DNA of 64,000 nt from Rhina ancylostomus (GCA_030265395.1 JARFYF010000022.1:38630484-38694483); one strand, 5' to 3'; counted from the stretch's first letter, positions 25,849 through 40,177 are shown. Numbers and translations are program-made. Notes: generated by a model not told the origin, from the letters alone.

Positions 25849-26229
25849 TAGGGTGATTTTTTTTTTGAAAAAACAGTATTGACCCAAGTTAACCTAAAAA
25901 CTACTGTTGAACAAAATGGTGGACACAGATGTAATAATAACATGCAATAAATAATTGGATTAATCTCAACAAGAAAATGATGGTGGCTTTAAGGAAAGAG
26001 CAGGGGACTGAGAATAAATGTGATATTTCAAAAAGCTAGAACGGGCATAAAGAGGTATAAAATTACACTGGCAGGGTTTTTAATGAAATTCAAAAAACTG
26101 TAGATGGTGGAAATCTGAAATAAAAGCAAAAAAATACTGGAGAAACGCTCAGGTCAAGCTATGAACCATCTACAGAAAAAGAAACGGATTTAATATTTTG
26201 GGTTAAAGGCCCTTTATTGGACTGAATTG

Positions 26230-27060
26230 TAGCAGCATAGAAGGATTGTTCTTTTCAAAAGTCCATGCTGGCTACGAGCAGAGATATCTTGATGGTTCCA
26301 TTTACCTGTTTCTTGCTAATGCCCCTGCAGATATGAAGAGGTATGTGAGGAGAAAACTTTTTCTTACTTAGAAGACCCTCTGAGTAAGAATTTTTTTTCT
26401 CACATACCTCTTAATATCTTTTGACCAAAATCATAAATATCTGTCTCACAGCCCTTGAATCATCAGTGAAAAGAACATCTTTCCTCTCTTTACCTAGTCT
26501 GAACCAATCATCATCTTGTTTATTTTCAACGCATTTGTTCTCATCTTTTTTGCTCTAAAGAGTGAACCTGCTTTCTCCAGTCTGATCTTGCAGCAGAATT
26601 CTTCACCCCGGGAACATCCTAGAAACATTTTCTCCACTCCTTTTAGGATCTTTGCATTCTTCCTCAATTGCAATGATCAGTTGTGGTGCACACTAACCAG
26701 TGTTTTGTGCAGATTCAACATAATTTCCCTGCCTCTGTTAATACCTGGATCCCATTTGCTTTTCTAACAGTTCATTCAATGTGCCCTTTCACTTTCAGCA
26801 TATACAGACACCCAAGTCTGTTCATGAATATCCTTTGCAACACTTCCATTTAGCAAACAGTTTTTCTCCTAAATCTTCCTTGCAGTGTATCTCTTCACAA
26901 TTTTCTGTATTAATCTTCCTCTGCCACTTGTTTGCCCTTTCAGCCAGCCTATCTATGCCTTATAGCAGTCTTTTGCAATTCTCTTCACCGTTTACCACAA
27001 TTGCAAGTTTTGTGTCATCCACACATTTGGAAATGTTACCCTGCAAACCCATGTCTAGGC
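26230..27060 (-). mobile_element. Decayed CR1 LINE fragment
   Basis: atctcttcacaattttctgtattaatcttcctctgccacttgtttgccc and ttttgtgtcatccacacatttgg are reverse-strand RT C-terminal motifs (KFADDTK-like). Confidence 0.6.
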
Positions 27061-28499
27061 TTGTTACCCATCAAAACATTTCAATGTGCTTCGTTATTAA
27101 GTAGAGCTTGGCTCCAGGTACGTTCAGGCAATGGGAGGTAGTCAGCATTCCTGATTAATTAGAGATGGATTTTAATGAATGTACTAATGGAAGAAATGCA
27201 AAGAGATCGACTTCAAAAGGAATCCATGAGTTTCACACAGCTGAAGGCATGTTCCCAGTGATGGGCTGCTCAAGAGGCTGGAATTAGAACGCTGGAGATC
27301 CCTCAGAGGGTTTTAATGCCATTATTGATTAGAGAAGTCGGGAGGAACGAGGCCATGCAGGAATTTAAAATTGAACATTAGAATGTTACTAATAGGAAGC
27401 CATTGAGCACAGTGTGTGAAAATGAGAATGGGGTGTGAGTTACAGGGAACAGAAGTTTGACTATGGACTATGGTCCAGGTAAATGGACTATGAAAGATAG
27501 GAAATTGGTCAGGATTATAAAGCCCTGCTTGAACTACACCTAAGGTAGTGCTCTGGAAGCCAAATATGTAGTGATGGAACATGCATTTGGCAGAATGATA
27601 CCTGAATTTCTATGAGGGCTGCATTACTTGGAATTTAGAATGTATGGGAGGATGGGCTCAAAGTTTTTGAGATAGGAAAAAGAACTGATAGAGAAAAACT
27701 ATTTCCATTGATTGGCATGTCTAGGATTAGGGGGTGTAGTCAAAAGATTGAAGCCAGACCTTGCAGGAACTTTCTTTTACAGGCAAAGGTCAGTCAAATT
27801 TTTGATTGAAACCCTTACTGGAACTTACTTGATGTACAAGGCAATGCAGAGGAAAATGAATTGAAGCAATATTTTACCTTGTACGTCATACCTCAACCTC
27901 TTTCTTTCTCATTGTGCACTCTTATGTGAAAGTGTATATTGAGAAAGAGAGACAGAGGCTGAGAAATCCGATCATAGGGTCCCACATTTTAGCCCACCAC
28001 GCAATTTGATTTCAGCACAAAAATGAAGTGGACTAATAAATAGGAGTCTTATTGCAAGTTGCACGGTCTGCAATCCTGCTTCCAAGTTCATTGTGTCTGA
28101 TACACTAAGGCACAAAGAGGCCCCAATGTGTGTAGTGGCTGTTCCTTCACAGTGCTTGTGGGAACTCAGCCTAAGTAGGTCACAGCCCACAGAGTCTGGT
28201 GCTGGGAACCTGGCTCTCCCCAGTCCTAAATTTTCAATCAGCCCTTGACCAACCTGACTTCCAACCCAGCCACAAACTTTCTGGCATCAAAACCTCACCC
28301 CAATTCCCCTATAGAACTTGTCCTACTCTCTCCAGATCTAATTCCTCTACCAGTCTGACCTGGCTCTGGCCTGTCTAGTACCAACTTCAGTCGACTGAGC
28401 TCCTTTCTAATCCATGACCTGTCTGCTCTCCCTTTGCCTCAGTTTCAGCTACGGACTTCTCACCCCCCAAGTCTGTCTTGTGCAACCCAGCTCCACTCA

Positions 28500-29220
28500 G
28501 AATCAAAATCAGGTTTATTATTACCAACTTATTATGACATAAAATTTGTTGTTTTGTGGAAGCAGTAAAGTGCAAAGATGTAAAATTACTATAAATTACA
28601 AAATAAATAGTGCAAACAAACAGAATAACAAAGGAATATCATGGGTTCTTGGGCCGTTCAGAAATCTGATGGCAGAGGAGAAGAAGCTGTTCCTGAATAG
28701 TTGAGTGTGGGTCTTCAGGTTCCTGTATCTCCTCCCCTACGGTGGTAATACAAAGAGGGCATGTCCTGGGTGGCAAGGGTACATAGTGATGGATGCCACT
28801 TTCTTGAGGCACTGTCTCTTGAAGATGTCCTTGATGGTGGGGAGAGTTATGCCTGTGATGGAACTAGCTGATTCTACAGTCCTCCGAAGCTCCTTGCGAT
28901 CCTGTGCATTGGAGCCTCCATACAAGGCGGTGATGCAACCAGTCAGAATGCTCTCAACCATACATCTATAGAAATTTGCAAGAGTCTTTGGTGACATACT
29001 AAATCTCCTAAGACTCCTAATGAAGTAGAGCTGCTGGCGTGCCTTCTTTGTGATTACATCAATGTGTTGGGCTCAGGATAGATCCTCTGAGAGGATGACT
29101 CTCAGGAACTTCAAGCTGCTCACCCTTTCCACCACTGACCCCTCAGTGAGAACTGGTGTGTGTTCTCCTGACTTCCCCTTCCTGAAGTCCACATTTCAGT
29201 TCCTTGGTCTTGCTGACACA
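28500..29220 (-). mobile_element. Rex1/Babar-type LINE, 5'-truncated, relatively intact
   Basis: ORF 28737..28997(-) LANFYRCMVESILTGCITALYGGSNAQDRKELRRTV...HPGHALF is the typical Rex1 RT C-terminus; agaatcaaaatcaggtttatt tail at 28500. Confidence 0.85.
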
Positions 29221-29724
29221 ATGGTGAAGACTTTGATGGAAAGGTCTTTAGTCATGTACGGTCTGTTCATTAATGCAACATGTGCTGGGTCTTGTGCGTC
29301 AGAATCCCCACTCAGTCAGAAGTGTTGTTGGTTTGCTTTGAACTTGCAGTTTAATTCACTTTGACCAGGTAGTAGGAGTAAAACTCCATTCTGCACCTAA
29401 TCTGGAAATGGTTGATGCAGTTTGTGGAGCAAAATGGTGATAGGTTTCTGCACAGACTGTCTATGATCCGGAGGCAATTCATCGGTATGGCATTGGGACT
29501 TCAAGCTGCAACTGACCCATCATATAAATACTACAGGGAACCTGAATGGGGCAGCACCAAGGCAGAGTTACTGTGCAATTCATTTGTAGTTTTTGGTAAA
29601 ACCCTAACCTGTTCCATCTAATACTTTTATATTGCCTCTGTTAGAATTGATTTCCATTGTTCAACTGTTGTGTTGATTACAGACTGTTTTAAGTTCAATC
29701 TTTTTATTTGCTGGTTGCCTTTAG

Positions 29725-29810
29725 GAGAAGGAACCTCGGTTAGCCCGTGTTCCACCGACTCCAACAAGGAAGCTCTTCACTATTGGAGATGCCAATGAGG
29801 ACAAATCTAG
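29725..29810 (+). CDS. PPP1R12C: Coding exon, 86 bp, phase 0-2: EKEPRLARVPPTPTRKLFTIGDANEDKS(S)
   Basis: Acceptor ctttag|gag, donor ag|gtaggc; resembles MBS85 KELRLARITPTPSPKL. Confidence 0.93.
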
Positions 29811-30952
29811 GTAGGCAAACAAGCTGCAGGAGATAGTTCACAGGACTATATTTACTTTCTGTAATGATAGTTTGCAAAAAACTGCCACTAAATGTTAATA
29901 CTCTCAGTGATCTTGTGGCCATGTAACACCATGATATGCGAGGACCTAGAATCTGAATTAAAGATTCATGTGATTTTAAACCTGATTTAATCTGCTTTGC
30001 CAGTGCAGGGAACCAAGAGCAATAATAAATTACCAGAGGACAGTAGAATTGAATAATAGCTTTAGCTACAAACTACGAATGAGTATATGGTTCCCCCAAC
30101 TCCCATCTGGTAATATTAGAAATTATTGTTGTTAGTTGTATACAAAAGGTGTTAGTAATTTAGAAAAATATGATTCCAATATTCTGGTCGTTGTAAAATG
30201 GTAGATCACGGGGACCAGAAATAATAGATCAAGGCTGTTGAGTGGTGATGGTCCATGCATTAGATTACAACATTTGAATAAGTAACTACACTATTAAAAT
30301 GGGACTAGGTCGTAAACACCAGACTGTCCCCAGTTGGACTCATTGATTTGAGATCTGGTGAAATAAGAAAATTAAAGATATCCCTAATTTCCCACTGCTT
30401 TCAGTCCATCTGACAATTGCGTTCTTGTGCATATCGGGTAAGAATGTGCTTGGACCTGATTACAGTGAAGGCATATTGAACAACCTGCCAACACTTATTT
30501 CATTGGACTGATTGGATGGAATTAGAGGGACTGATAGGCCCAAAGTGTATCCCAGGATGAGTTGTTAAGTTCAATGAGAGAATATAAGGAATGGTGGAAA
30601 TCTGGTACAATGGTACCAGATCTAGCATGGTAGGGAGAGGGGTAGAGGGTGCCTAGTTTGGGGAGAAAAAGCTTCTATCCAATTGTTTCAAGGTTTGAAA
30701 ATACTTTGCTAAAATTTGACAAATATTCATCTCTCAAACTTGCCTCTAAAACACCTTTCTGTGGCCAGGGACACTCTGTGTAATGTAGTAAACTAAAATA
30801 TATTCAGGAAACTTTGAGTCTTGTATCTCAGCAAATTTGTGCTTGTGTCTGAATAGTTTACAGAGGTTGAAAGCACTTTTCGAAAAAACCTACTTGCCAG
30901 GTCTTTCTCCAGGGCCAGCTTCTTCCTGTGTGATCCTTGCTTCTTCTTGCAG

Positions 30953-31150
30953 TGATTCTGCGGCCCCATTGGCTCGAAGTGCCTCCTACACAAGGCAGCG
31001 AGAGGATGACTCTGGCATCCTGGCCCGGAGCTCATCGTACACACGTAGACAGACAGAGCGGGAGAGCAACAAAAGGGATAAGGACCTCAACGACACTCTG
31101 CCGAGCAGCACTGGCATCTCTACGGCAGCAGTGCCTGGTCATCCAAAGAG
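30953..31150 (+). CDS. PPP1R12C: Coding exon, 198 bp, phase 2-2: DSAAPLARSASYTRQREDDSGILARSSSYTRRQTERESNKRDKDLNDTLPSSTGISTAAVPGHPK
   Basis: Acceptor ttgcag|t, donor ag|gtttgt; the MYPT1 LRTSSSYTRR-type motif occurs twice. Confidence 0.92.
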
Positions 31151-31444
31151 GTTTGTAGCCAGTGTGCATTGAAATTATTGGCCTCTTGCTAATGTCATCG
31201 GGCCAGACCTGTGTTTCCAGTGGGAATTCTTAAAATGTTTCATCCATTCATCTTGAATGTTTACTGTGAGGTTTTGTCCTGTTGTACCTCTGGATATAGA
31301 ACATTGTACTCGCTCAGTTCCTATTTTGAATTATCAGCAGGCAATTGCAGATTCCCGCAGACAGAAATGATCAGAGGGTTAGTTGCATTCAACCCCCATT
31401 CTTGACCTTGAAGGTACAAAGTACATTAACACAGAAACACATGC

Positions 31445-31790
31445 AAGAGTGCTGTATTGTTGGAGGTTCTGTTCTTCAGCTGTAATTTTAAAACAGTCTC
31501 ATGACTCTTCCTAACAGTTCACTTAGACGTTAGAAATCCCACATCACTAAATGGAAGGTCAGAAAGTTCTCCTAGTGTGCTGGTCGATGTTTCCCTCTCC
31601 ATGAATTTTACCAAATATAAATCAGCAACTGGTTACTTCTTCTCTGTTCAATGCGAGTCCTTGAAAATTAGCTGTTGTGTTTTCTATAAATACAAATGTG
31701 ATTACATCACAGATTTATTGTGTGCAAGCCCTTTGGGATGCTCTGCTGAAAAAAAGTTATACAAATTTTTTGTATATGAGAGTCATAATA
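31445..31790 (+). mobile_element. Deu-domain SINE relic
   Basis: gagtgctgtattgttggagg...gacgttagaaatcccacatcacta...ttctcctagtgtgctggtcgatgtttccctctc...ctttgggatgctctg. Confidence 0.55.
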
Positions 31791-32919
31791 TTAAACTGCA
31801 TAAGAATGTATATGTGACCAAAGTCAGTAGAGTGACTGTGCCTGCTGCACTTTGCCCCAGAAATTGTCATTTGACATTGGGTATGTTGTTAAGTGCCTGT
31901 GAGCACAGAGTGAAATATAAAGGGTTTTTGAGAGGAAGAGTCAAAGTGTAAATTGCTGCTCCACAAAACAGCATCATAAGATAGTAAGATGGAGTATGGT
32001 GTGACAGACTAAGGTGAGTGGTAATCCTGTGTGGATGGTGTTTTAGTGGCATTAAAGGAGGTAATGGGGCTGACTGTGGAAAATGGGCTTGCCCTGTAGA
32101 TAACCTAACTGAGGTTTCTAGCATTAAACAATCCACTGAAAACTGTTTCATATCCCAAAGAATATGATCTCTGGAATGCTGTTGATCACATCGCATTTTC
32201 CTTTACGTTTTGATCCAAACTTCTAGACCATGGCGTATAAAAGGAGTAAATGAGAGTTTTACCGTTAATGGACCAGGTTATTTTTAATCTGGGCCAGTAT
32301 AAACAGTTTTACTCTGCATCTGGCTAGTGCTGTATTTGGCAATTTATAATTGAGCAATTCAAAGGATGTCATGTTTGGACAGCTGTTGATGTGAACCCTA
32401 TATCTTCTGTAATACTACCCAACTTTCCTGGCAGAGAAGCATCTGATAAACTTCCAACTCTGCTCTCCTAATTGTAACACATGCCTATCTTTGTAGTAAA
32501 TAAGTAGATGGAACAATGGTACTGTATGTTACACTGCTTGTTGCCAGCTGTGTTGAGTAAGAAATTAATAGAAGAACCAGTGATATTCCATCACAAGGAA
32601 TGAAGCGTATTCAAATAGTTTATACCTTAGTTCAAACAAAACCATTCCAGCCTCATGGCCAGGAAATAATGTGGAGGTGGAATCTGAACGTGGGAATGGG
32701 AAAAGATTACAATTGTTAATTGTAAACATGGGTCCATGTATTTCCATTTCTCACCTTTATGATATCACTGCCATTATGTAGGAGTGAACTACAGAACAGT
32801 GTGCGGTATTTGCAGTGACATCAACACAGTAATAGTGTTGCAGACAGCACCCTCTTAAGTTAAAATGTTTTGGGGACAGTCAACAGCCATTCCATTGCAC
32901 TCTAACCTTATTTTATGAG

Positions 32920-33265
32920 CATAAGTATAGGCACGGGATTAGGTCACTTGTCCTACTCTACCACTTAACAGGATCATGACTGATATGATTTTAACCTCAG
33001 CTCCACATTCCCATCTATTCCTACTGACCTTTCATCCCTTTGCTTATCAGGAACCTATCTCCCCCTCCCCTAAAAAATATTCAATGACTATGCTTGCACT
33101 GTCCTTTGAAAAGAGGGTTTTAAAAAATCGTGATCCTCTGAGAAAGAAATATAGCTCATCTGTCTTAAATAGGCAACCACGTATTTTTCCTCCAAGAGGA
33201 GGAAACATTCTCTCTACACTTACCCTGGTAAGGTCTCTCAGGATCTTGTGTGTTTCAATCAAGTT
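32920..33265 (-). mobile_element. CR1 LINE 3' end
   Basis: ORF 33047..33262(-) LIETHKILRDLTRVSVERMFP resembles the CR1 ORF2 C-terminus (LIETYKIL.G.DRVD..RMFP). Confidence 0.75.
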
Positions 33266-34539
33266 GCTGAGTTAGCCAGTTGCTCAGCATTCCTGCGTGT
33301 TTTTTTGGATGAAAGAGATGTGAACTGGAAGCACATTTACACCAGCAATAAGTTGTCCACCCCTACCATTACCCTTCCAGTTCGCAAAATGGAGTGCGAA
33401 GCCAATTGCCTTTGAATGACATCCACCTGTTAGTATACTCTACTACCAGGTCCTCACCCTGACTTTTTCCAGCCTCCTCTTGGGCACGTCTCCAACATCA
33501 ATTAATATATTTGTGGGTGGGGGGGCATAGAAATGTTTGGGAGAGTCATATTAATTAACCTGACCATGTAAGCTCTGTTTAGATTTCCCTTGACAGAAGA
33601 GCAACAATGTAAGGAGAAGGCACTGCAGTTCTTACAGCAGAATTCCTTAAAGGTTCAGTGACCTTTTATTATTGGCATTCATTGAGCTATTTGAAACCCT
33701 ATTTGGATCACTAACGGCATTTCCAGTCCTGTTGATCAGCTGGGTACTTTCATGAAAATCAGTGTTTACTTTCCTGACAGTAGTCAAGATTTTTTCTATC
33801 TTAATGCAGCCTTCTGTGCAAGGTTTATTTAAGAGAAGGCAGACCGGAAAAAGTGGCCAACCTTTTTAGCTGTGGTCAGTTACTGAGCTCATGATTTACT
33901 CTGGCACATTCAAATAAATTATTAGCAAATTGTAATCACGCCTGAGATGCCCGGACAGAATGGGAATGGCCTCTAGCTCATATCATTTCGTTCTGCTGCA
34001 TGTTCCAGAATTTAAGTTAACATTGAGGAGGTCTGCCTCAGTTAACACCAGATCACCAGGCACTGATGTCAGAGAGAGTCTATGGGGACTGTAGTGTCTT
34101 GCGACTACTGATGATAGTCATTGAAATGGCCTCCCTCTTACTTCTACAAGGCCTGATGCTGCAGTGAACATCTTGCCCTGCTGTCTTTGTGTGACATTTG
34201 TCAGTTAAACAGGACATTATATGAACAAATGAGGCATTATTTTCAGAGGCAGCAGCTATATCAGAACTTTGTTCAGATGATCTCATGGCCTCAGTATAAG
34301 TATAGATTTGAGAGTGGGTAGACCCCAAGTTACCAATGAGTCTGCAAAATCCTGTACAATGTTTCTCTCCGGTTGATCCTTTCATGTGTGAAAACTGAGC
34401 AGGGAAATGGTGTGTGGTTGATCCTCGATGGCACTTGTTAAAGCATAGGTAGCTGCCATTTAAAAGTCAGAACTGTGTATGTTCACAGCCAAGTACTCCC
34501 CGAGAGAAGTTCAGGGATTAGTTGGGGGGGGGGGGGGTA

Positions 34540-35550
34540 AACCTGCATTACTTTGTCAAATGCCTTAGTAAAGTCCATAGACGGTCCACCCTGCCTTCAT
34601 CGTTCTTCTTAGTTACCACCTCAAGACATTCAATCAAATTAGTGTGGCACGACTTTCCCTGTGCAACGCTGACCATCTCTGATCAGCCCGTCTTTCCAAA
34701 TGTACATAAATCTTATCCCTTATGATTTTCTATCATAATTTTCCTACCACTGTCATAAGGCTCACCAGCCTGTGGATACTTGGCTTATCCCTGCTGCCAT
34801 CCATCAATAAAGGAGCAACATTAGCTCTCCTCTAGACTCCTGGCACCACACCCATGGCTAACAAAAATGCAACAATCTCTGTCAGGGATCTTCTATCTAT
34901 CCCAGCTATCTTCTCCCTTACTTCCCATAGCAACTGGGATAGATCTCCTCCAGACCTGAATATTTATTAACTGTTATGCATTCTACAGCATCTAACATTT
35001 ACTCTTCTTAATACTGATCTGCTCCAGATTATCCATGTGTCCCTCCCCAAACTCGTTATCTTCTATTTCCTCCTTCTTGATAAACCAGGAGGTATGGTTC
35101 ACATCTTCTGGTTCCACACAGAGATTACCCCTTTGGAACCATAAGGGGACCCACTTTTTCCCCTGGCTACTTTCTTTCTGTGAATATACTTATAAAGCAC
35201 CTTGGGATTCTCCTAAATCTTACTGGTCAAGGGTATTCCATGGCCCTTTTTTGCCCTAATTTCTTTCTTGCGTTCTCTCTTACACATTCTATATTCCTCG
35301 AGATTCCTTCGATCCCAGTTGCCTATATCTGTTATATCTTTCCTTTTTTTTTTCCTAATCAAACCTTCAGTGTCCTTGGTCATCCAAAGTTCCCTAATCT
35401 TGCCGTCTTTGCCTTTCACCCTTGAACATGCTATCACTGAATACTTAAAACTCTCTTTTAAAAGACTCCCACTTGTCAACTGTTGCATTCTCTGCTAGCA
35501 TCTGCTCCCAATCTACTGTTCCCTGGTCCTCTCTTACACTATTGAAATCC
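34540..35550 (-). mobile_element. CR1 LINE ORF2 middle fragment
   Basis: Minus-strand ORFs with LWMTKDTEGLIRKK...EEYRMCKRERKKEIRAKKGH and VDWEQMLAENATVDKWESFK (CR1 endonuclease-RT linker); frameshifted. Confidence 0.75.
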
Positions 35551-38500
35551 AGTGTGTGTACTGAGAAGGCTGAACAATCTCTCTGTACCACTGCCAGTTG
35601 TGTAATATCTTTCAAATCAAAGGAAAATAAATCCTTTGGAAAGAGAAAGAACTGCATATACTAGAAATTTGAAACAAAAACAGAGAAATGAAAATATACA
35701 TGGGCCAGATCATGCATGAAAACAGATTAAATTAGTCCAAGCATTTGTCAGAATATTTTCTACTTTTTTTAAAGTGGCATTTATAGATTCTCCTTTTTAA
35801 TTCCGTCCTCCATGTCTTTCACCCATTGACCTTTATTGGGTTTATTCTTTACTGTGCCTTCTTCAAATTGTCTTCAATATTCCTTGGCTGCTTCTCAGAG
35901 GACCCTGACTTACAATCCAGGTTCCCTCCAATCATTGTTAACTGATGTTCGCAGTCAATATTGTCTTGTTCTTTTGTGCCCATCTACCAAAGTCGGTGAC
36001 CTTTTCAGTGATGAGCACATTACAAAGTGTGAGAGTTGGGCCCTCCAATGATACCAACTGTTAGAGGACCCATCCTCCAGCAATAGTCAGACCAAAAGGT
36101 GTCAGATGGCCTGCCTCTCACTGCATTCCAGTGCTCAGGTATTATTGAAGAATTCCATTCCATCATGATGGCTTTTGACCAGCTGACTTGGGTTCTGAGG
36201 TAGCCCAGTGGTTTTCAGGGGGTCCAATTGAAGCCTCCCCTTGCAGGAAGCCACTCAGTAACTTAAGTGCCTGTTCTGACCACACTTTCAGGGTCTGCAA
36301 GTCACACTTGCCACTACTCATTAATGATCACAGTGGTAGCACCAGCTCCCTATGTTGCCATGAATTGAGGGATTTTTCTGCAGTGATACTCTACAGCCAT
36401 TTCCTTTCTCCTTGGCTACAGTTTTCTGTTGGTGTTGTTTACAGTGAGGATGTACAGCTGACAAGAGGGGGTAGGTCAAAGAATATGGCAAATGCAGCAT
36501 GGAGTCAAAGACTGCATCTCTGTCTCCTCCTGTTCTTATGAAGTTATTTCTTCAATGGCCATTTGCAACTCACTTATCCCAGGCACATCTTGTCACAGTT
36601 TAATCATTCTAAATTTGGTCAGATTAGTTTGAAGCTACAAACTAATCTGTAGAAAGCTGAGCTGGATGTCCAGAATGGAGGATCATTTAGAAGGATGAGA
36701 TGAATGGACGACAAATTTATCTTTGAAAATCTATGTTTGAAGTAGTACATGCTGTTAAAGATTGCAAATTCTTCAACTTGTAGGTCAAGAACAACGTGGG
36801 TGGAGATTGCAGAGGCAGAATGGGACATAATCCACCTGTTAACATGAAGAGTAGTTTACTGTAAACAAACAGCTCTTCAGGATTGGATTCCACATGAAGC
36901 CTTTCTGGAGCAAGGAAGACTTTTAGTCTCCAATCTTTACTCTTGTAAAAGACACACAACAACATTTTCCACCTATACTCTTTTTTTCCCCCAATGTATG
37001 CAAGCACAAATATTGGTCTGCTGCATCACTTAGATAATATGCAATGAATGTCTGTTTCTGTCAATACCCTAGTTCACGATGTAAGCAAAATCTTTTTCCA
37101 TGATGCGCTGGAATAATTTCTCGCTCTTTCCCATTTCATTTCTGCACATTTAACTTCCAACATATTGGTTAACCATTCAGTTAACTACTTCAGTTTCTCA
37201 CCCTCTCCAACCCTAACCCCCTGCTTCGCTCAGCTCCTTTCAGTCCGTTGTCATTGCCAGTATAAATATCTTTTTTCCAGAGGAGCCTTTGTGAGGAACC
37301 AAGTCCTGAAGAACTATTTGTTTACAGTGAACTACTCTTCATGCTAACCGGTAGACTCTAGCCCATTCTGTCTCTCCTTGCAATCCCCATCCATGTTGTT
37401 CTTGGCCTATGAGTAGAAGAATTTGCAATCTATAACAGCATGTACCATCTTCTCACATTCCTCTCATCCTTCCAAGTGATCTTTGGAGAGAATTGGTTAG
37501 TGAAGTGCTGGATAAGTGAACTATTCCTACAGCTTGGTATATCTCCCCTCTTTCATTTCCAGTTCCTCACCCCACCCCCCAAAGAATGAAGTCCAAAATT
37601 TATTTCAACCTTTGGTGCCATCTCTCCAGTGTTTGGACGTGCTCCATGTTCATAACTGACCCAGAAGAGATTGTAATATTAAAACGCAGCCTGACCTGTA
37701 CAGATTCAGCATCAATTTCTTTAGTTCAACAACTTTTTCTTCAGTAACTATTCTGGCAGTGACTGAATACAGTCAACACTGAGTCCACTATCATTGCTAC
37801 ATCTTATCTAGTTTCCTCGCTAGTTAGTGGAACATTATTAATAAATTATATCTCAATTCTTTTTTTTCCCCCAATGTAAGACCTTCCATTACCTTCAGCT
37901 GAATTGAAAATGATGTAGGTTATCATATGGATTTTGTATCTCAGTTGGAATGCACAGCTACCATGTGTGTTCTTGTCTGCAACCAACACCATTGCCTGAA
38001 AGTCAAAAAAAAACTGCAGATGCCTGAAGTAAAAACAGAAAATTCTGAGACTGCTCCACAGGTCATGTGGCATCTGTGGAAAGAAGATAGTTAATAACGC
38101 ATTGCTGGAGTTTTGACAGATATATGGAGCTTGACCTAACCCCAATGCTCAATGGAGTCTGATCACTCAGCCAAAGGTATAAGCTGAATTACTTGCACGT
38201 TACATTTTAAATTCTGTGAACTTGAACAGCTCTTGATGCTGGTAATAAATGAGATGGTATCACTTCAGCCATGTTTCAGTATTCATACTCAAAAGTTTTG
38301 AAAATTTTGATAACTCAGCTGATAATTTTTCAATGGGAATGCATCTAATGACTCTGAGTTATTAAACTGGAATCAAAAGACCTTCAACAGCTAAATGTTT
38401 TCAAAGTTCATTTGAAATATTTTCTCCATACCCAGGGATTCTGCAGTTTTTAAGTATGTGCCAAAACCTAATGGATTTTGTTTGTAGAAACTATCTTACT

Positions 38501-39149
38501 GCCTTGAAGTCTTTTTCACTTTATTCTTTGCCCCTTCCATTTTTTTCTTTTTTCCCCTCCATTCTTTCTGACTTTCACCCTTTCTCTGCTTCCCTCTCTT
38601 TCCTTCACTCTCNNNNNNNNNNNNNNNNNNNNNNNNNNNNNNNNNNNNNNNNNNNNNNNNNNNNNNNNNNNNNNNNNNNNNNNNNNNNNNNNNNNNNNNN
38701 NNNNNNNNNNNNTCAGTCTGCTCTCAGGGAGATTGGAAACACATGGAGGAGTGCCGGGAGGATCTGGTCCACATCACCAGGGTGTTTCATTGTTACACCC
38801 TCGCTGCCTAAGCAGATATAATGGCATGTGTTTCAATTTCCAGAAAAGTAAAGCCTTCAGACAGTCTGTGAGAGTAAGCGAGCAGACTGAGCCAAAAGTG
38901 TCAGTGCAGCAGAGCTGAATTCAGTCTGGTCACCATCTGGGTTATATGCAAAGGAGCAGCCCAGTCTGTCTGGCACAGGGGAAGGTTGCACCTGCTGGGA
39001 CCAAGGCAAGGCCAATGCTCATCTCCCGGCCCTGATCTGGGCAGTCACAGCCCAAGAAGCAGCGGGATTTCAACTGATGCCTGTTCCCCATTTGGGGTAA
39101 CTAGCTTTTGGGATTTCTCCCAGATGACCAGCTGGGAAGAGATTTCTTC

Positions 39150-39420
39150 TTATGATACAGGAAGCCATTCACCCATTGAATCTATGCTAGATCTCAGAGT
39201 AATCCCATTCCGTCTCTTATTTCCCTGTAACCTATTTGCTCTCTCATGCCACCTACACACTGGGGGCAACTTACAGTGACCAATTAACCTAACAAATCTT
39301 TGGGATGTGGCAGGAAACCAGAGCACCCGGGGGAAAGCCACAGGGAGAACGTGCAAACTCCACAGACAGCACCCGAGGTCAGGATTGAACTCTGGAACTC
39401 CAGCTGCTGAGCTATTGCAA
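39150..39420 (-). mobile_element. tRNA-derived V-SINE-like element
   Basis: tctttgggatgtggcaggaaaccagagcacccgggggaaagccacagggagaacgtgcaaactccacagacagcacccgaggtcaggattgaac is the reverse complement of the SINE head and conserved V domain. Confidence 0.8.
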
Positions 39421-39789
39421 GACACCCAAAGCCATTTGTCCTGGGCTAGAAGGATCCCAATAATTGGGAAGGTAGCCCTCCCGGCTTTCTGGCGAAAAAG
39501 GCACTAGATATAACCAGAGGGTTGGACAACCTTGGCACTGTACCCTAGACACCATGCAGCTGATAACAAGGCATCTGCTTCCCCAATGCCTTACAAATCA
39601 ATCCCAGCTCCCATAATCTACTTACTTGACACTAAACTGAACCAAGAAATCTGAGGAGACTAAAAACAAACATCAAATTCATTCAGATCAAGTGTCAAAG
39701 ACAGAGTGAAGCCAAGAGAATCAACTTTACATTATTCCCTTAAAAACAATACCTTGATAACTCAGAGATTTGCTGTCATCAATGGCTGA

Positions 39790-40177
39790 GTTACGCATAG
39801 CAAGCAAGTCCCCGGTTCAGCCTGGACTGGGGCCGCGAGCTGGTCTCAGCCAGTGCAGCAGCTTCCTTGGATGGGGGATGCACGCATGAAAGGGAGCTTT
39901 GCCCGTGCCAGGTGGGAGGGAAGCGCTCAGGCAAGCTAAATTGAGAGCGTGCGTGCATGAGCAAAAGTGAGCATGCTTGTGTGCAAGTGAGTGAGTGCAT
40001 GCATGGTTGTGCACAGGTGAGTGCATATGTGGATATAGGCGAGTGAGTGCATGTACGGATGCTTGTGAGTGACAAGGAGGGAACACGGTTTGACTCCAAT
40101 GCTTTAAATCCCCCCCTCCATTCGCCCATCAAGATCTGCATACGTTGAGTGGCCACCTGACCTCAGTGAGGGACGGC
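39790..40177 (+). promoter_or_regulatory. Putative internal promoter (GC/CpG-enriched patch)
   Basis: Visibly more CpG and GC than the surrounding intron; GT/GA-rich simple stretch at about 39945-40075; CCAAT at 40096 and TTTAAA at 40103, about 75 nt upstream of the ATG at 40178. Confidence 0.35.

Noticed and set aside
38844-38873. 30-bp exon-like segment (ttccag|...aga|gtaagc)
   Set aside because: Contains TGA in the phase-2 frame required by this intron.
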